A DNA stretch of 64,000 nt from Cycas panzhihuaensis (lineage: Eukaryota > Plantae > Cycadophyta), in the NCBI GenBank assembly GCA_023213395.1, contig CM041465.1, positions 205,165,741 through 205,229,740 on the forward strand. The letters run 5' to 3'. Under the pieces are notes generated by a model. The model did not search any database. It saw only the letters and a list, made by a program, of their open reading frames with translations, and was not told the DNA's origin. The position numbers were made by a program, and so were the translations under genes. Position 1 is the first letter of the stretch. Every line of letters starts with the position of its first letter. Of the stretch, positions 25,401 through 40,300 are shown piece by piece.

Positions 25401-28400
25401 CATTTCTAAATATTAATATTAATTAATTTAAACTTATTATACCATATTTTAAATTCGTTAAAAAATAAAATAAGGAAACAAACTTGATATAAAATGAAAT
25501 GTTCCTTCTAATTCTAAATAACATGGTGATATGAGCTAAATTAACTAGAAGTAGAATTTGTAGGAGTCTAAAGGGAGGTAAGTTGTTCAATCCTTACTAA
25601 GCTCATTTTATTTTTTATCTTTCCAACCCTGCCATGACAAAATCAAACATTTATAGAATCTATAAAATGGGGTTATCTCAATAGACATCAATCACATTTG
25701 ATTTAACAACTAAAGAAAAGGTTTAAGATTATAATGAAACCATAGCTTAACTTTGTTATTTAAAAGGTGCATTTATAAGACTTTAGGTTAGAGGCTATAG
25801 GTTCAAAAATCTTCAAACTTGAACACTTTCCTTTCTTTTTTAAAGTTCATCCTTTATTTAAGGGAAAATATTTCTATATTAAGAAAAGAGGACCTTTTTT
25901 TAAAAATAAAATTTAATTGCATTATATATTTTATAATTTCACATATTTAGATAATGAACAAAGGAGAGGGTTTATTTTGAAATTTCCATATACTTTGATT
26001 CATAAGAGGGGTGCATTTTCACGCTTTTGCTTGCTATTTTATGATTCATGTAGATAAAAAGAAGGTTCAATGTATTTGTATTTTCTTAAATGCATTGAAC
26101 CTCCTATATATATATGTGTGTGTGTATATGCGTGTGTCTATAGACATACACATATATATAATTACATAAATAATTAAAATAAAATTTCATCATTTTTACA
26201 TTTGAAAATAGTGGATTTTATTTTAAAAAGTTAAAATAGGTTTTATTGCATTAAGGGAGATTACACTTAAATATTTTATGGAAGGGTAGTATGAGACTTA
26301 AACTATATTTCATTTAGTTTATTTATTTATTTTTTGTTATTTATTTATTATTTCTAGTGCATATTGAACACTTGTTAAAATTTACATAAGGAGAGCATAT
26401 TAAAAAAAAAAAAAAAAAAAAATTAGTTAGTATTCATCTCACACACTCTTTATTTTTAAGGCTCACAAGTGGAACTTCAACTTCACCCCCTAAATTCAAA
26501 TGCTTGGTTAGTTGGGTGATATTTTGAGAGTAAACATTTTCTTAAATGGGTAAATGATAAGTAATCATATTAGAAGACATTATAGTTTTCTTAACTTATT
26601 ATTATTCTTGATTCCTAGGATACATCTTAGGTTATTTGTTAAGTTAAATATTGACTACTATTCCAACTAAATTATTATTAGACTAAGAATCTTTAGACAA
26701 TGTATAATATGCCCCTTAGTGATCTAGACTCTCAACAAAAAAGTGTTAAGATCCTAGTAGGGGTGAAGAAATATTAGCATACTATACCTTTTAAGATAGA
26801 ACCATAAAAATGTTGGCTCTCAAGTGAACCTAAGTAGTTTCTATGGTACTAAATAGTAGGTGGGATAATTCTATGCTAATTATTTAGGATTGATCATGAA
26901 ATTGTGGTTAGTTAAGTGATCTCTCTTAGAGAGATCATAGGAGGATTTACCCTTCCACCATTTAAAGTTATTTTAGATAAGCTTTAGGGCATAAGTTTTA
27001 CTCATATTTCATCATCAAGATTTGGAAATCTATTCTAGATAGGTTTGAGGACTTATTATTGGGGAAGACCATCGATTAATACTTAGCATAACGAATAGGC
27101 AACCTAGAAGCTTTAGGTTGGCATTACTAATCTACCATAGGAAAATATTATCTTGATATCCTAATACTAGTATTTCCCCTATAGTGGATATCAGCAACAC
27201 TTCTACCAAGTGCTAGTTAGTTTTGAATCAACCACTAATTTATAAATTAATTAGTCAAATAAACTAGATTAATTTAGGTGACACATAATGTGGTAAGCCC
27301 AAGTAATAAAAAGCAGGTAGGTGGAAATTCAAAGGAAAACTAATAAAAAAAAAAAATCAAGCATAATCCCCATGTTTTCCACCCTTCTACCCTTATATTT
27401 ATGCTTATTAACCAATTCAAGAGGGATAACTAGCTAATGAATTCAAGGTAATTTACAATTCCCACTTGTTAAGATACTTCATCCTTGAAATGGTTATTTT
27501 GTAATGTTAGATATCTCTATAGTATATTAGTTGGTTTTGAGGTGGAGTCTTCAACTATTAGTTGATGTTATTTGACCAAGTGTTCCTTTATAGTCCTCTA
27601 TCATAATTCTTTTCTTATTCTTAGATTATAGATTAAAGAATAAAGACCAACTTCCTTTCTTCATCCAACATAGAAATTTGGTTTATATTATGACATGTTT
27701 TTCTAGTTTCTTTTTTAAGCAAGAAACAAAGAAGATGTTGTGAATCCTGGTGGAGGTTAGAAGTTCTAACATGTATACTACTTGGTTAATCTTCTTTTAT
27801 ATCTAGTAGGGCCCATAAAACCTTTAGTTAAGTTATTCTCCTTGAGTAGTTTTAAGGGGGGTCTATTTATAAGGTTGTTGTTACATAACTCTCTACCACT
27901 AGTGGAACTAGACCACTAGCATGTGACCAAGTGATTAAAGGTTAAATTCTAGTTCTTAACTCTTATGCACAGGCCATTATGTGTACGAATAGAATTGGAG
28001 TTTGTTTAGTCCACCAATATGAATTTAATGAAAGAGGCCTTGGTTTCTTATTTAAAACACAATGTAAATGTAAGGGCCACCGTGTCTTATAAACTTTTTA
28101 AGAATGTACTACTATACTATCTTTTAGTATCCTTTGTGTGGTCTTCTCATGCTCAATATTAAAGTGAGGTCATTATTATTTGTATTATACTCTTTGAAGT
28201 CCTCATGTATGTAATCAGAGAGAATATTAGGATAAATCTATCCCAAGTGGTATCATAGCTTAATTAGTAGTCAAATTTGAAGGATCGTGAAGAAGATGCA
28301 TAATAAAGAAATGGAGTAGGAAATTGAGAATTTTTTTCCTCCCATAATGAAAACTTCTAACCCTCTCATTTATTTCATTTTGTTGACTATTTTAATAAGT

Positions 28401-31400
28401 TCTATAAAATTATACTATCAAGTAGTAGCAATCCCTCCCTCCCATTTTCCCTTAGCAATTTAGGTAGAGACCATATTTTTGGGGGTCTTTAAATATCCAT
28501 GAGGAGCTATAGCTATAGGCTAAGTGTACTTGGGTATATGCCATTATATGAAGTGAAGCAGATCACGTTCCTTACACAAACTTTAAACAACACCTACATA
28601 TGAAAGTAAACCTCCATGTACTTTTAGGTATATAGAAGGACCCTTTTAGGACCCATTCCTAAACCTAGAATAAAAGGCTTGTCAACCCCCTATCATTTAT
28701 AATACATTGATTAGCAATTAGTACCAAGAATCTATCCTTCTTAAACACCTCTACATGGCTATTGTAGTTATAGGAATGAATATTCCTTCATAGTTAGTAC
28801 CCTGAGATATTAGGTCAAGTATTAGTATTGATATAAAAGGTTATTGAAGGCCCTATAGACTAGGTAAACCCATGTTAGGGTTTGTAAAAAAACCTATTGC
28901 ATTAAGTATTATTTTACATTGTCTTGATATTGATGCTAAAAAAGGGAAAAAAAATTACATCACAAATATCAGTGGTATAAATCAAAAGATAGAATTAAGT
29001 TATAAATCAAACATAGTAACAACATTAATAACATAAATTAGAAGATAAAAGTAACCTATAAATCATAGTACAATAATAACACCAAAGTAATTATAACTTC
29101 TTCCTATCGAAGCCTTAAGTCCAAAGTCCAATCCTTGAGTCTAGAGTCTAATCCTTGAGTCTGGCATCCATTCTTCAAAAAAAAGAAAAGAACAAAGAAG
29201 AATACAATTATCTTCACTTATCCATAACTCCATAGGGTTAGTTCTGTGAATATTACTCTATTGTAGATAAAACCTAAACAAGCACACTCTATGAAAAGAA
29301 AGTCCACATGCTAAATTTTACCTTTGTTCATTCATACATCTTGTTCTAATTAGCACATCACATTGATCATTTTCTAATAGGTTAGTTTTAACCATCATTT
29401 TTAGGGGAAAATAATCCATAACCATCCTATAGGCCCCACAAGCCAAAATTTTCCACTTAAAACTCACCTACCTTATTTTGATGATCTCTCTGGGCATGTC
29501 TTGATGTATTAGTTGAATTTATTACATATTTTTTGGGTTCAATAAGCTATAGACACATAGCCCCTTTCCTTTTTCTCTTTCCCTTATATCACTTCCTAAT
29601 TTTCTAGTCCCCTTTTTTTTTATCTCTACTCAAATCATCTATCCCATTCTATATTTCCAATCCCTTTTTGTAGAACCACCTTCTTCTTTAGTAACTCATA
29701 TTTATCCAAATGATGACATCAACACAAGAAGACTAAAATTTATCTCTAGAGACGTAATTCATCACCATACAAAATGATTTCACTATTGTGTAGAATAATA
29801 TCACCTAGATGTTAAGTAATATAACTACTCAAAAAGACCTTGCAAGGCTAACAAATGACATTATAAATCTAATTACCCAATTGGCCAACTTGACCTTTAT
29901 CTCAAATTTAATAGGAACATCAAACTAATGGCAATAGCTTCCTCCTAACCAAGGCCCATGGCAAAAACCTTTTCATCATAAGATTAATATCTCCACATTT
30001 GATCCAGTCTTACTTTGCCCTTAACTCAATGAATCTAGATGACTAATTAACTTTAACCTCCATTAGTTTGGATAGAAAAGTATACCATTGTCTCTAGTGG
30101 TGGTAGTAGGAGTACCCAACTATTAAACCTAGACTCAATTCTACATCATCTTCTTTAAACAATATGAAGACATGTGGAACTTAACTTTCTTTATCCATCT
30201 TACTCAATTAAAATAGTTATTATTTATGGAAACCTATATGAATAAATTTGAGAATTTATAAAATTAAACAAGTTAGTCTCTTAATCAACAAACACTCATT
30301 AACATATATGTAATAGGGTTTAGGGAGTGTATCTAAACATGCATCAAAATAACACCACTACCAAACTTCAGATAAGCAATCATTATGGCCAAAGTAGTTA
30401 GGGTTGAACTAGTAATGAATCAAATATCAACCTTCTTCTAAGATCCTACATGGTATTAACATCCTTAGATAGTAGATCTATATCATAAATAATCTCATAT
30501 TAATGAATCACAATATCCTATAATAGAGTAATTATCAGTAGTAAAACCCTCCTTAGCACCAGATCATATACTACTTATTAAAACCTATAGACATAAAGTA
30601 AGTTAGCCTATGCATCTAATACTCAAAATGATTGAACCCCAGATATAATAAAGTCTTTAAGGCAAAGTTCATGGTATTTACTAGTGACCTTGGATTATCT
30701 TTTAAAGAAAATTTTGACTCTAACCATGAAACTAAATAAGAGTTATCTTTGGAACCTCCCCCTAACCTTAAGCCTAAAGTACCCTTATTTATTGTTTCCT
30801 CTATCAAATGTCCCAAATCTCTCTGTGTCAAAGATACACTTCCAAGAACTTCCATTGCTATCCTAATTAACAATGGTGTATCATCGAATTTTATTAATAT
30901 TTCATTAGCTAAATAATGCAACTTATAAATTATGCTAAAAATAGAATTCACCTACTCCCTTCTAGGCTACCACACTCTTTATTGTGTGAGAATAATAAAA
31001 AACCAATATGTTTAAATTAGAAGTTATCATTTGGTTTCTAACTTCTATGCCTTATCAATGGGAGGATCTAATGCTATCCTTAAAGTCCAATGGCTTCAAA
31101 TACTTAGTACATATAATACTAACAATTCTTCTAATAACCCTTTCATACAATCTAAGATAACTTTAGGTAAACTCATAAACTCTAAGGTTTCAAACCTCCA
31201 CAAAATAAGCACATTTTCCTAAATCAAATATAAAAGTAATTAAATTGTAACTTTAGGTATATAGTATGCATTAATAACATTCAGCCTCATACTAAATTTT
31301 ATCTAAATATCTAACCCATCCTCACTAAGTACCAATCTATATTTGCTTCCCTTTTAAGTAACCCTCCTCCAGACTATGATTGTTACCATATAATCAAACT

Positions 31401-31889
31401 TAAAAACCCACATAACCCTACTAGTCTTTAGCCTTATCAAAATTCATACTTTTAGAAGAATAAAATTAAAAGAATTATAAAAGAATCGATGGATATGGGC
31501 ATTATCCAGCCTAACAAAAGCCTATATATATCCCTCATTATATTAGTTTACAAAAAGAATGGATCTTATAGACTATACATTGATAAGATTATCGTGAACT
31601 TAATAAGATCACTATAAAAAATAAGTTCTCCACACCCTAAATTGATAATGTATTAGATGAGATCCATGGTTCCACCATATTTTTTAAGCTAGATCTTCAA
31701 TCTAACCACTACTAAATTCCCATTACCCCTAGGAATCAACATAAGATAGTCTTTTAAATACATCATGGCCATTTTGAGTCTCAATTCATGCCCTTTAGCC
31801 TTTATAATGCCCTAACCATATTTCAAGTAGTAATGAATATAATATTTTCCCCTCACTTACAAAAATTTATCATAATTTTATTTAATAAC

Positions 31890-31893
31890 ATAC

Positions 31894-31988
<95 letters not shown>
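31890..31988. repeat. (CATA)n/(TA)n microsatellite within the RT of element C
   Basis: Directly visible; follows the decayed FFDDI motif. Confidence 0.95.
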
Positions 31989-31990
<2 letters not shown>

Positions 31991-33108
31991 GATGCAATAC
32001 ATCCATCATTTAGAAGCTACCCTTCAAATCCCTATTTAGCATTTGTTATATGCCAAATAATCTAAATATAAATTTGGTAAATCTGAGTTACAATGTGTAG
32101 GCCACATTATTTCATCAAAGTGTGTTCGTGCTAACCTCAATAAAAATTTAGTCATTACTACATGGCCTATACCTAAAAGTCTCACAAAATTGTGTGTTTT
32201 CTTAGGGCTTATAGGATTTTATTAATTATTTATTAAGGGCTATACCTCTCTCATATCTCCTTTAATAAACTTACTTCAAAAGGACTCATTTTAGTGGCTA
32301 TAAGTTGCAAATGATGTTTTCAACAATCTTAAGGTATTCATGACATCCACCCTAGTCCTTGCTACCCCTAATTTCTCCCAACCTTTCCAGTTGGAGTACG
32401 ATACTTCTAGACTCAGTTTGGACATAGTGCTTATGTAAAATATTCACCTAAAAATATTCAAAAGTTGTATGCTTAAGGACCATAAATATATATTATCAAC
32501 ATACCAAAAAGAAATGAAAGCCATCCTACATTCCATAGATAAGGGGTGGTAATATCTCCTTAGGTCTAAATTTACTATCTTAACTAACCATCATAGCCTT
32601 TGTCATCTTTTAGACCAATCAGTTCTATTAGAAGAATAAGTAAAATAGATTGAGCATCTTCAAGTATTTGATATCATCATTACTTAAAAGAAAGTACAAG
32701 AAAATGTAATTGTTGATGCTCTCTCTTACCTCCTCTTTTAATCTACCATTCATGATATCTCCCAACTTTAACCAATATGGTTAACTATATTAGCCTCTAA
32801 CAACCACTTCCAAATTAACTCTACTTAATAGGTCTAAAAAATCAACACCTAAAAGCATTAACCCATGTATGACAATCACCTCTTGTATAGTAACTACATT
32901 TTTAATCATCTTACATCCTCTTTTATCCTTTGTATTTTAGTTGAGTACCACTCCACCTCCTTAGGAGGACACTTGGGGTTTGACAAAATATATTATTATA
33001 TATAGTCTAACTTTTACTAGCCCTATATAAAGTTTTTAATTCTTACATTTATTTCAAAATGTGAAACCTATCAAAGGAATAAAGTTAAAACTAAGGCTCA
33101 ACAAATCC

Positions 33109-36100
33109 TATTAGAGTGGTTATTAATGCATTCAATCATCTAATGATTAATGTGACATGTGAAATATGATTGAGAGGTTGTTATGACACGTTATATGTGG
33201 CAGATATTGTGTGGAGTTTGTTATGATAGAATTAATGAGAACCATTAGATATAATATCAGTGTAACATTTGAGGCACTTATTGATCCATTTAAAGGGATC
33301 CAATGTCAATTGTATTGGTTGATGGTTTTAGATCAATGTGAATGATATAGCTTTTATGGTGGATTTTTTTCTCAAAAGGGTTTACAACATAAAACCTATG
33401 TTCTATTGTATGTTGTTATTCTTTTGCTACTTACTTTGTGCATAAACAATCTTGTTGCTTATCAATTTCTAACATGGTATAAGAGCTAGTCTAATAGCAT
33501 GGAGTTTCTAATATGGTATCAATCATATACCAGAGTTTTGTTGACTATATTTTCTAATATAATATAAGAGCAAGTACCATAATTTAAGTCTCCTTGTGTT
33601 TAATTAGGTATGATTATTGTTAACCCAAACCCTTGGCTAGTGGTAGTTTAGTCAAATGTGGTGTTTAACCTAATCCAATACTAGGGTTTGAGTTACCTTA
33701 TATTTGGTTTGAGGTAGGTTTTAGAGTATCCTAATCTTTAGTAGGTGTATCTAACCCATCCTCTTAGCTCTATGGGTGTATTGACCTAAAAGAGCAAATG
33801 ATTATACACAAGTAGGTAGAGTTAAGTGGAGTGATAAGATCAGAGGTAAATGGGTGAAGCCAATAGAACCCAAGCTTTCTTGAAGACTTATCTTCTCTAA
33901 TAACTTGTAGAAGTAGGCACCATAGTTAATGGTGGATAAGGAAGTGAAACTCACTAATCAATAAGGTTAGTGCATTATTTAGGGTAAAAAATTAGACTTG
34001 CAAGCCTTTTTTTGACTGAGTTGGCTCATTGTGGAGTCATTCGAAGCTAGTTGGATGTGCTGGGCATTGCCTAAAGCCAATGAAGCATGTTTTGAAGATC
34101 ATCCAGTAGTATTGGATGTCACTGGACATCATTCAAGACAACTAAAAGAGCTTCCATGATAATGTAATAATGGTTTTATTTGTAGCACTTGTGTTAGATC
34201 TATTCTGTAGATTCACATCCATTCTCTAAAGTCATTGACATAGTAGTTATTTTGGTTGTTTAACTATTTGTGTCATAAGTAAAAAGTTGAAGAGTAGATA
34301 TAAATGATTCCTTACTGTCCAATTGATAAAATTTGATATTATAGAGCCGATATTAGTTAAGAGAATCCATAATTATAGAAGCCATACACATAAAAGAAGT
34401 TATTAGTTTGGTTGTTATTTAAGTAGGTCAAGACTAATGGTAGTTTATCAAGTGAAGTTGACAAAATTGGATGTACTTGTGGTTGAAAAAGTTGGATAGA
34501 TATTAGTTGACATAGTTAGACACTCCTATAAAGTATGATTGACAACACTTGATAGGATAATCAAGGTTGGATGCTGTTGGAGAGACCTGTTTGCAATAAT
34601 CAATAAGATAGTTAATAGAGGTTTAATGTTATTGTAGAGTACTACAACAAAAATTGAAAGGTTGGTCAATGAAATTGAATAGTGGACAAATTAGCTAATA
34701 AAGTTGAATAATTGATAAGATTATCAATGAAGTTTGATAGGCAATATAATGATTAATAAAAGTTGGATAATCGATGAAGCAATCACTATCTCAATCAAGG
34801 GAGTGGTCACTACCTTAATTGATGAAGTGGTTACTACCTTAATTAATAAAGTTTATCATTGTCACAAATATTAGTCAATGAATATATTATTCAATAGAAA
34901 GACATAAGTATTTTATGATTCTGTCAATTAATATAAGACATCATTACATCCTTAAAAAAACTAACAAAAGAAAAAAAAATTGTTAAGTAATAATGGCAAG
35001 GAATAGAACAATCATGTATTTGATCAGTTCTATTGAATCAAGGTATAAAATAGAAATTCAGTGTCCCATATACCCCATAACAAAATGGTGTTAAAATCAT
35101 ACAATGATGGAGATGGCAAGGTGTATGGTGCATTTGAAAAACTTACTACCTGTTTTTAAGTAAAAGCTATTGCAACTACTATTTACATTTTGACCTAAGT
35201 TTTTTACCACTTAAGTAGTTTGAATTATGACCCCTAAAGAGAAAAGAACCTGTCGTAAACCTATCATTAGCCATTTAAAATCACTAACATTAGGTGCATT
35301 ACATATGAACACATCCTAGAGAAAGATTGCAAGATGTAAGATTATGAGAGCTTAAAGTATATTTGTTTAGGGTATTTTGATCAAAATAAAGCTTATATAT
35401 TATGTGATCCACATGGGGAAGAAAATTATAATTAGTCTTAAATGTTAAAGTTTGATGAGTCATTGATGCACCATGCTGAAAAGACATCTAAAGATAAGTT
35501 TTATTCTTTTCTTTTCTATTCCTATCCTATCTATGATAGGATTGTAGACAAGCATGTTGAGGTTCAAGAGCTAAATATTATGTTGACACGAATAGAAGCA
35601 AGACCGAGGAGAACTACTAAAGAGGAGTTGTTATGATGAGGCATAGAGAATACCCCATGTTTCTTTATAGGTGAGGAGGACAATTGAAGACTCTAGTATA
35701 TTGATAGAAGAGCTTGTAAATGGTCAATAAATAAGATAGGCTATAGATGGTTAATGAGGTTTGGCATAGCCATATATAGTTGATGAGGTTTGGTAGATTG
35801 CAGATAGTTGACGAGGTTTGGCATAGCCATAGACAATTAGTGAGATTTAGGATAGTCATAGATGGTTAATGAAATTTAGCATAGTTATAGATAGTTGAGG
35901 TTTGGGATAGCCACAGATAATCAATGAGGTTTTGCATAGCCATATATGGTTGATGAATAAGGAGAGAGCGTACTAGTTAGATTCTTGCTAGTAGATACTA
36001 ATAACTCTAATGATCTTATTTCATATGATGAAGCAAAGGACTATCCACGATGGAGAGCTATAATAGAGGAGGAGTATGGCTAAATTATGAAGAATTCCAC

Positions 36101-37346
36101 ATGGAATTTAGTTCTACTACTTTTGAAGAAGAACCTAGTTTGATATAAGTGGGTCTCCAAGATAAAGTTTCGCTCCAATGGAGAGGTGGATGAGTATAAG
36201 ATTTGGCTTATTACTTAAGGGTTTAAGCAAAAAGAAGGAGTTGATTATGAGGAGACATTTATACTAGTCTTTAAGATTATAATAATCTAATTGATCATTT
36301 CCTTAATAGTTGTATATAGTTGGGTGTTACACCAAATGGACCTCTTCTAGGTTGAGTACCATGGACTAAGTGTTGATGCGAGGGAATATATATGATCATA
36401 GAGATTTTTAGAGACAAAGAATACAAAGTTTTATGCATATACAAAGCATATTAAGATTCAGTACAATTATATTTATGAGTGGATTAGATTAGGGAAGTTT
36501 TATATCAAATTTTATCTAAGTGAAGAACCACTTATGGATATGTTTACCATAGCCTTTACTAAAGATTATTTCATCACAATTCATGTATAATTGGGACCAA
36601 GTAAAGTTATCCTTAAGGGGGGCCTATCTATTGATAAGGATAATGTCTATCAATATTAACAAGAAAATGTTTAGCTCCTCTTAATAAGATAAAGTAATCG
36701 ATAAAGGATAGTCCAAACCTGACAACATGACTATTAAGATTGATAAGATAGTTCATCATGAACTTATTGATGAGAAAAAGAGTAGGGTAAACTAGTTCTG
36801 GTCGACATAGACTGAGGTTAAGAGTTGTCAACATTTAGACTATCAACAAGACTATTGTTATCAACATTAACATTAAGAGGGGATGTTAGAGTAGTTATTG
36901 ATACACTCAACTATCTAATGATTGATGTGGCATGTCTCATATGTCATGATGTGACATATAAATAAGAGGTTATTATGACACATTATATATGGTGAATATT
37001 ATATAGAGTTTGTTATGATGAAATTAATGTGAGTCATTAGAAGTAATATCATTGTAATATTCAAGATACTTATGGATCTATTTAAAGGGGTCCAGTGTCC
37101 ATTGTATTGATTGATGGTTGTGGATTAATGTGATCAACATAGCTTTGTAGTGGGTTTATTCTTAAAAGGGTTTCCCATATAAATCCTATGTTCTAGTGTG
37201 TGTTGTTCTTCTACTACATGTTGTATATATAAACAATCCTATTGCTTATCAATTTCTAACATGGTATAAGAGCTAGTGCTAGAGCATGGAGTTTCTAACA
37301 TGGTATTAGTAATGTGCCATGATTTTGTCGATTGTATTTTCTAACA
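33109..37346 (+). mobile_element. Internally deleted Ty1/copia element D (LTRs 33109-33559 and 36884-37346)
   Basis: TG/TA-TTAGA...TCTAACA ends; TSD aatcc/aatct; PPT ATTAAGAGGGGA; INT piece PYTP*QNG, RT N-terminus (NSTWNLV, GVDYEETF, WVLHQMD) and RH tail (TKHIKIQY). Confidence 0.9.
35730..35960 (+). repeat. Degenerate tandem repeat (tagttgatgaggtttggcatagccata, ~27-30 bp units) between INT and RT of element D
   Basis: About 7 visible copies. Confidence 0.75.
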
Positions 37347-40300
37347 AATCTTGCTTCAACCCCTACACATTATGCAAACTAAGTGGTAAGACATCACCAT
37401 GGACTTTATAATAGGACTAGCCTCATCTATTAGGTTTTAATCCATTTTGGTAGTCATTGATTAAATAACTAAGTATCATCATTTTTTGCCTATCCACATA
37501 TTTTACAAAGCCTCTTATATTATCGATATCTATATCTAAATAATTTTCTACCTATATAGATTTCTCTCATTTATAGTATATGATAGGGACCCTAAATTCA
37601 CTAGTTTATTTTGGTAAGAACTCTTTCACATATATAACACTTTATTTAACATGAGCTTAGCATACCATCCATAAACTAATGGCCAATTAGAAGTCCCTAA
37701 TAAGTCATTAGAAACTTATCTGTATTACTTTTCTTATGAATATCAAAATAAATAGACTTCTTGGTTATCTTTAATAAAGTATTGGTATAACTCTTCTTAC
37801 CACTTAGCTAATGACATACCCTTATTTATGTCTCTCTATGGGGATATACCCTACCATCTTATCACACCTTAGACATAAACCTCTAAATAACTGTGACCCA
37901 ATAGAAACTTCAAGACATGGACCAAGTATTACATACCCTTAAGTAGAACCTAGCTTCCACTTAGAATCATATAAAGTAACTTACTGAGTACCACCATTTT
38001 GATTGATCACTTTCTATTAGTGAGTAGCTTTTCTTCATATTTAACCCTATAAATAATAGTCTATTAGTAAGAATAAATACCATAAATGTAGGCCCCATTA
38101 TTATACTCCTTATAAGGTACTTTGATAGATGAAAGAAGTTGATTATACCATGAAGATTCCTCCTAACACTATAATCTATAATTTTTTTTTAATATTTCTT
38201 ATCTAAAATAATATCTAGAAGAAAAAATGGTTTCCTAGATTATCTTCTTGATATTTAATGAAGAATAACTCTTCACAGTCTTGCCATATCACATTTTAAA
38301 TTATTAGTAATATTACCTTTAGAACTAGACTATATTTGTGTATTTAGTGCAATGGATTGGTTGTAAACTTGAAGAGGTAACTTGGGAATTAATAAAGTCT
38401 GTTAAGCAACATCTATATCTTCTTAATTATAGGAACTCAACATCTCAAGGGAGGGCATCTATTACATAACCCTCTACCACTAGCAAAACTATACCACTAG
38501 TATATGGCCAAGTGACTAAAGGTTAAACACTAGTTATTAACTCTTATGTATGGGCCATTATATGTACCGATATAATTAGATATTATTTGCTTTACTAATA
38601 AGAATCCAATGGACAAGGCCTTGGTTTCTTATTTAGAGCTTAATGTAAATGTAAAGTCCATTATGTCTTATAAACTTTTATAAGAATGTACTACTGTATA
38701 ATCTTTTAGTATTCTTTGTAATCTTTTGGTGTTCAATATTAATAAAGTGAGATCATTATTATTTCTATTACTCCCTTTAAGCTCCATATATGTGTAATCA
38801 GAGAGAATATTGGGATAAATCTATCTTTGTTACAAACAAACATATACCTAATCACCTACATTAAATTCCCTCTCTATAAGATGTTTATCTTCTTATTGTT
38901 TTATTATAACATTTATATTATTATTAGGTGTTTTTTTTTTTAAATTGTAGGGTATCTTGAGTTTCTTATAAATAATCTCAAATTATGACCACATGACTAC
39001 TCTTAAATACCCATTTTTTTAGGTGATGTTAGGTTATAATCATAAAGGGTCTTAAACATAGATATTTGAATGATTGAGCTAATTGTTGAGTTATACCATG
39101 TTGTTATAAGATGGATCCATTTGACCCATGTATTTACTTTATTAGTGATATAATCCCTTAAACAACCTTTTAAATATTTGTTAATCATTTTTATTTATTT
39201 GTTTATTTGTGGGTAAGAATTGGAGCTCATGGCTATCATGGTTGCTACTTATTTAAATAACTCCTTTTTGAAGTGACTTATGAACTTGGATCTTAATCAT
39301 AAATAATTATGTGTGGTAGCTTATATATTCTATGTATTTCCATCATGAATATCTCTACTACTTAGAGTTCTTATAAGTTGATTATATGGCTATAAATAAT
39401 TTAAATTTTATTAGTTTATCAACTACCATAAAATATGTGTCCTCTTATGATTTGTATAGTCCTATAATGAAGTCCATGCTAATACTTTTCTATTTTTATT
39501 ATAAGATGGGTAGTGGCTATAATAGGCTTGGTAGGACTACATTATCATACTTGTTTGCTTAGTAGCATGGATATTATGTTACATATTTTTGGGCATTATT
39601 CTTCATACCCTTCTAGAAGAATGTTTATCTATATGTGAGATACATATTAAAAAATTTAGTATGTCATACCATTGGTATAGAGTGATATTCTTCCATGAGT
39701 ATTATCTTAAGCTTAGAATTTGAGTCTAGGAATATTCTTTCTTTATACCAAATAAGATCAAATTTCCATTCAAAACTATTATATAGGCCTTGTTATTCTT
39801 CTAAAATTAGTTCTTATATTTTGGCATCTTTTATATATTTAGACTAAAAATTGGTTACCCAACTAGAGGTGAGTATGGTTACCATACTTAGTTGTGATTT
39901 TTCTTCTCCTTCTTCTCCTTAAGAGAGTGCATTAGTAATGACATTTAATTTCCCCTTTTTATAAGAAATTTAAAAGTCAAAAGTATATGTTTTACTAATT
40001 TATTTATAATGCTCAGGGGATAGCTATTTTTGTTTTAAGAGGTATTAGAGGTTATTATGATTTTTATTATTATTATAAATTTTCTTCCTGAGAGACATTA
40101 TTACCATTTATATAAGACATGTATTATAACTAGAATTTTCTTATCATAGGTTGAACAAAGTTATTCTCTAACATTGAGTTCCCTACTTTTAAATGTTACA
40201 AGTCTTCCTTCTTTGATAAGTACAACATTAATACTTATTCCTAAAGTGTCACACTCTAAGATAAAAGGTTTTTAAAAATTTAAGGATGCTATCAATTCCT

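Larger units (their letters stand above)
27879..38828 (+). mobile_element. Decayed chromoviral Ty3/gypsy element C with both LTRs (27879-28245, 38460-38828)
   Basis: Paired ~367-bp LTRs; PBS TGGTATCATAGC 28248-28259; PPT at ~38447-38455; TSD gttgt/gttac (both derivable from gttgc); PR, RT (MPFSLYNA), RH, INT (ITMDFIIGL, DRDPKFTS) and chromodomain remnants. Confidence 0.9.

Noticed and set aside
25740-26105. Inverted repeat aggttcaatg...cattgaacct and MITE/hAT-like subterminal motifs
   Set aside because: Boundaries and TSD cannot be defined; ordinary decayed repeat.
28600-29350. Possible additional nested LTR inside element C
   Set aside because: No TG...CA ends or TSD found; could be C's own leader.
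33466-33571. CRISPR-like repeat-spacer appearance
   Set aside because: The repeats are LTR end + Met-tRNA PBS in a eukaryotic retroelement; only three units and no cas genes.
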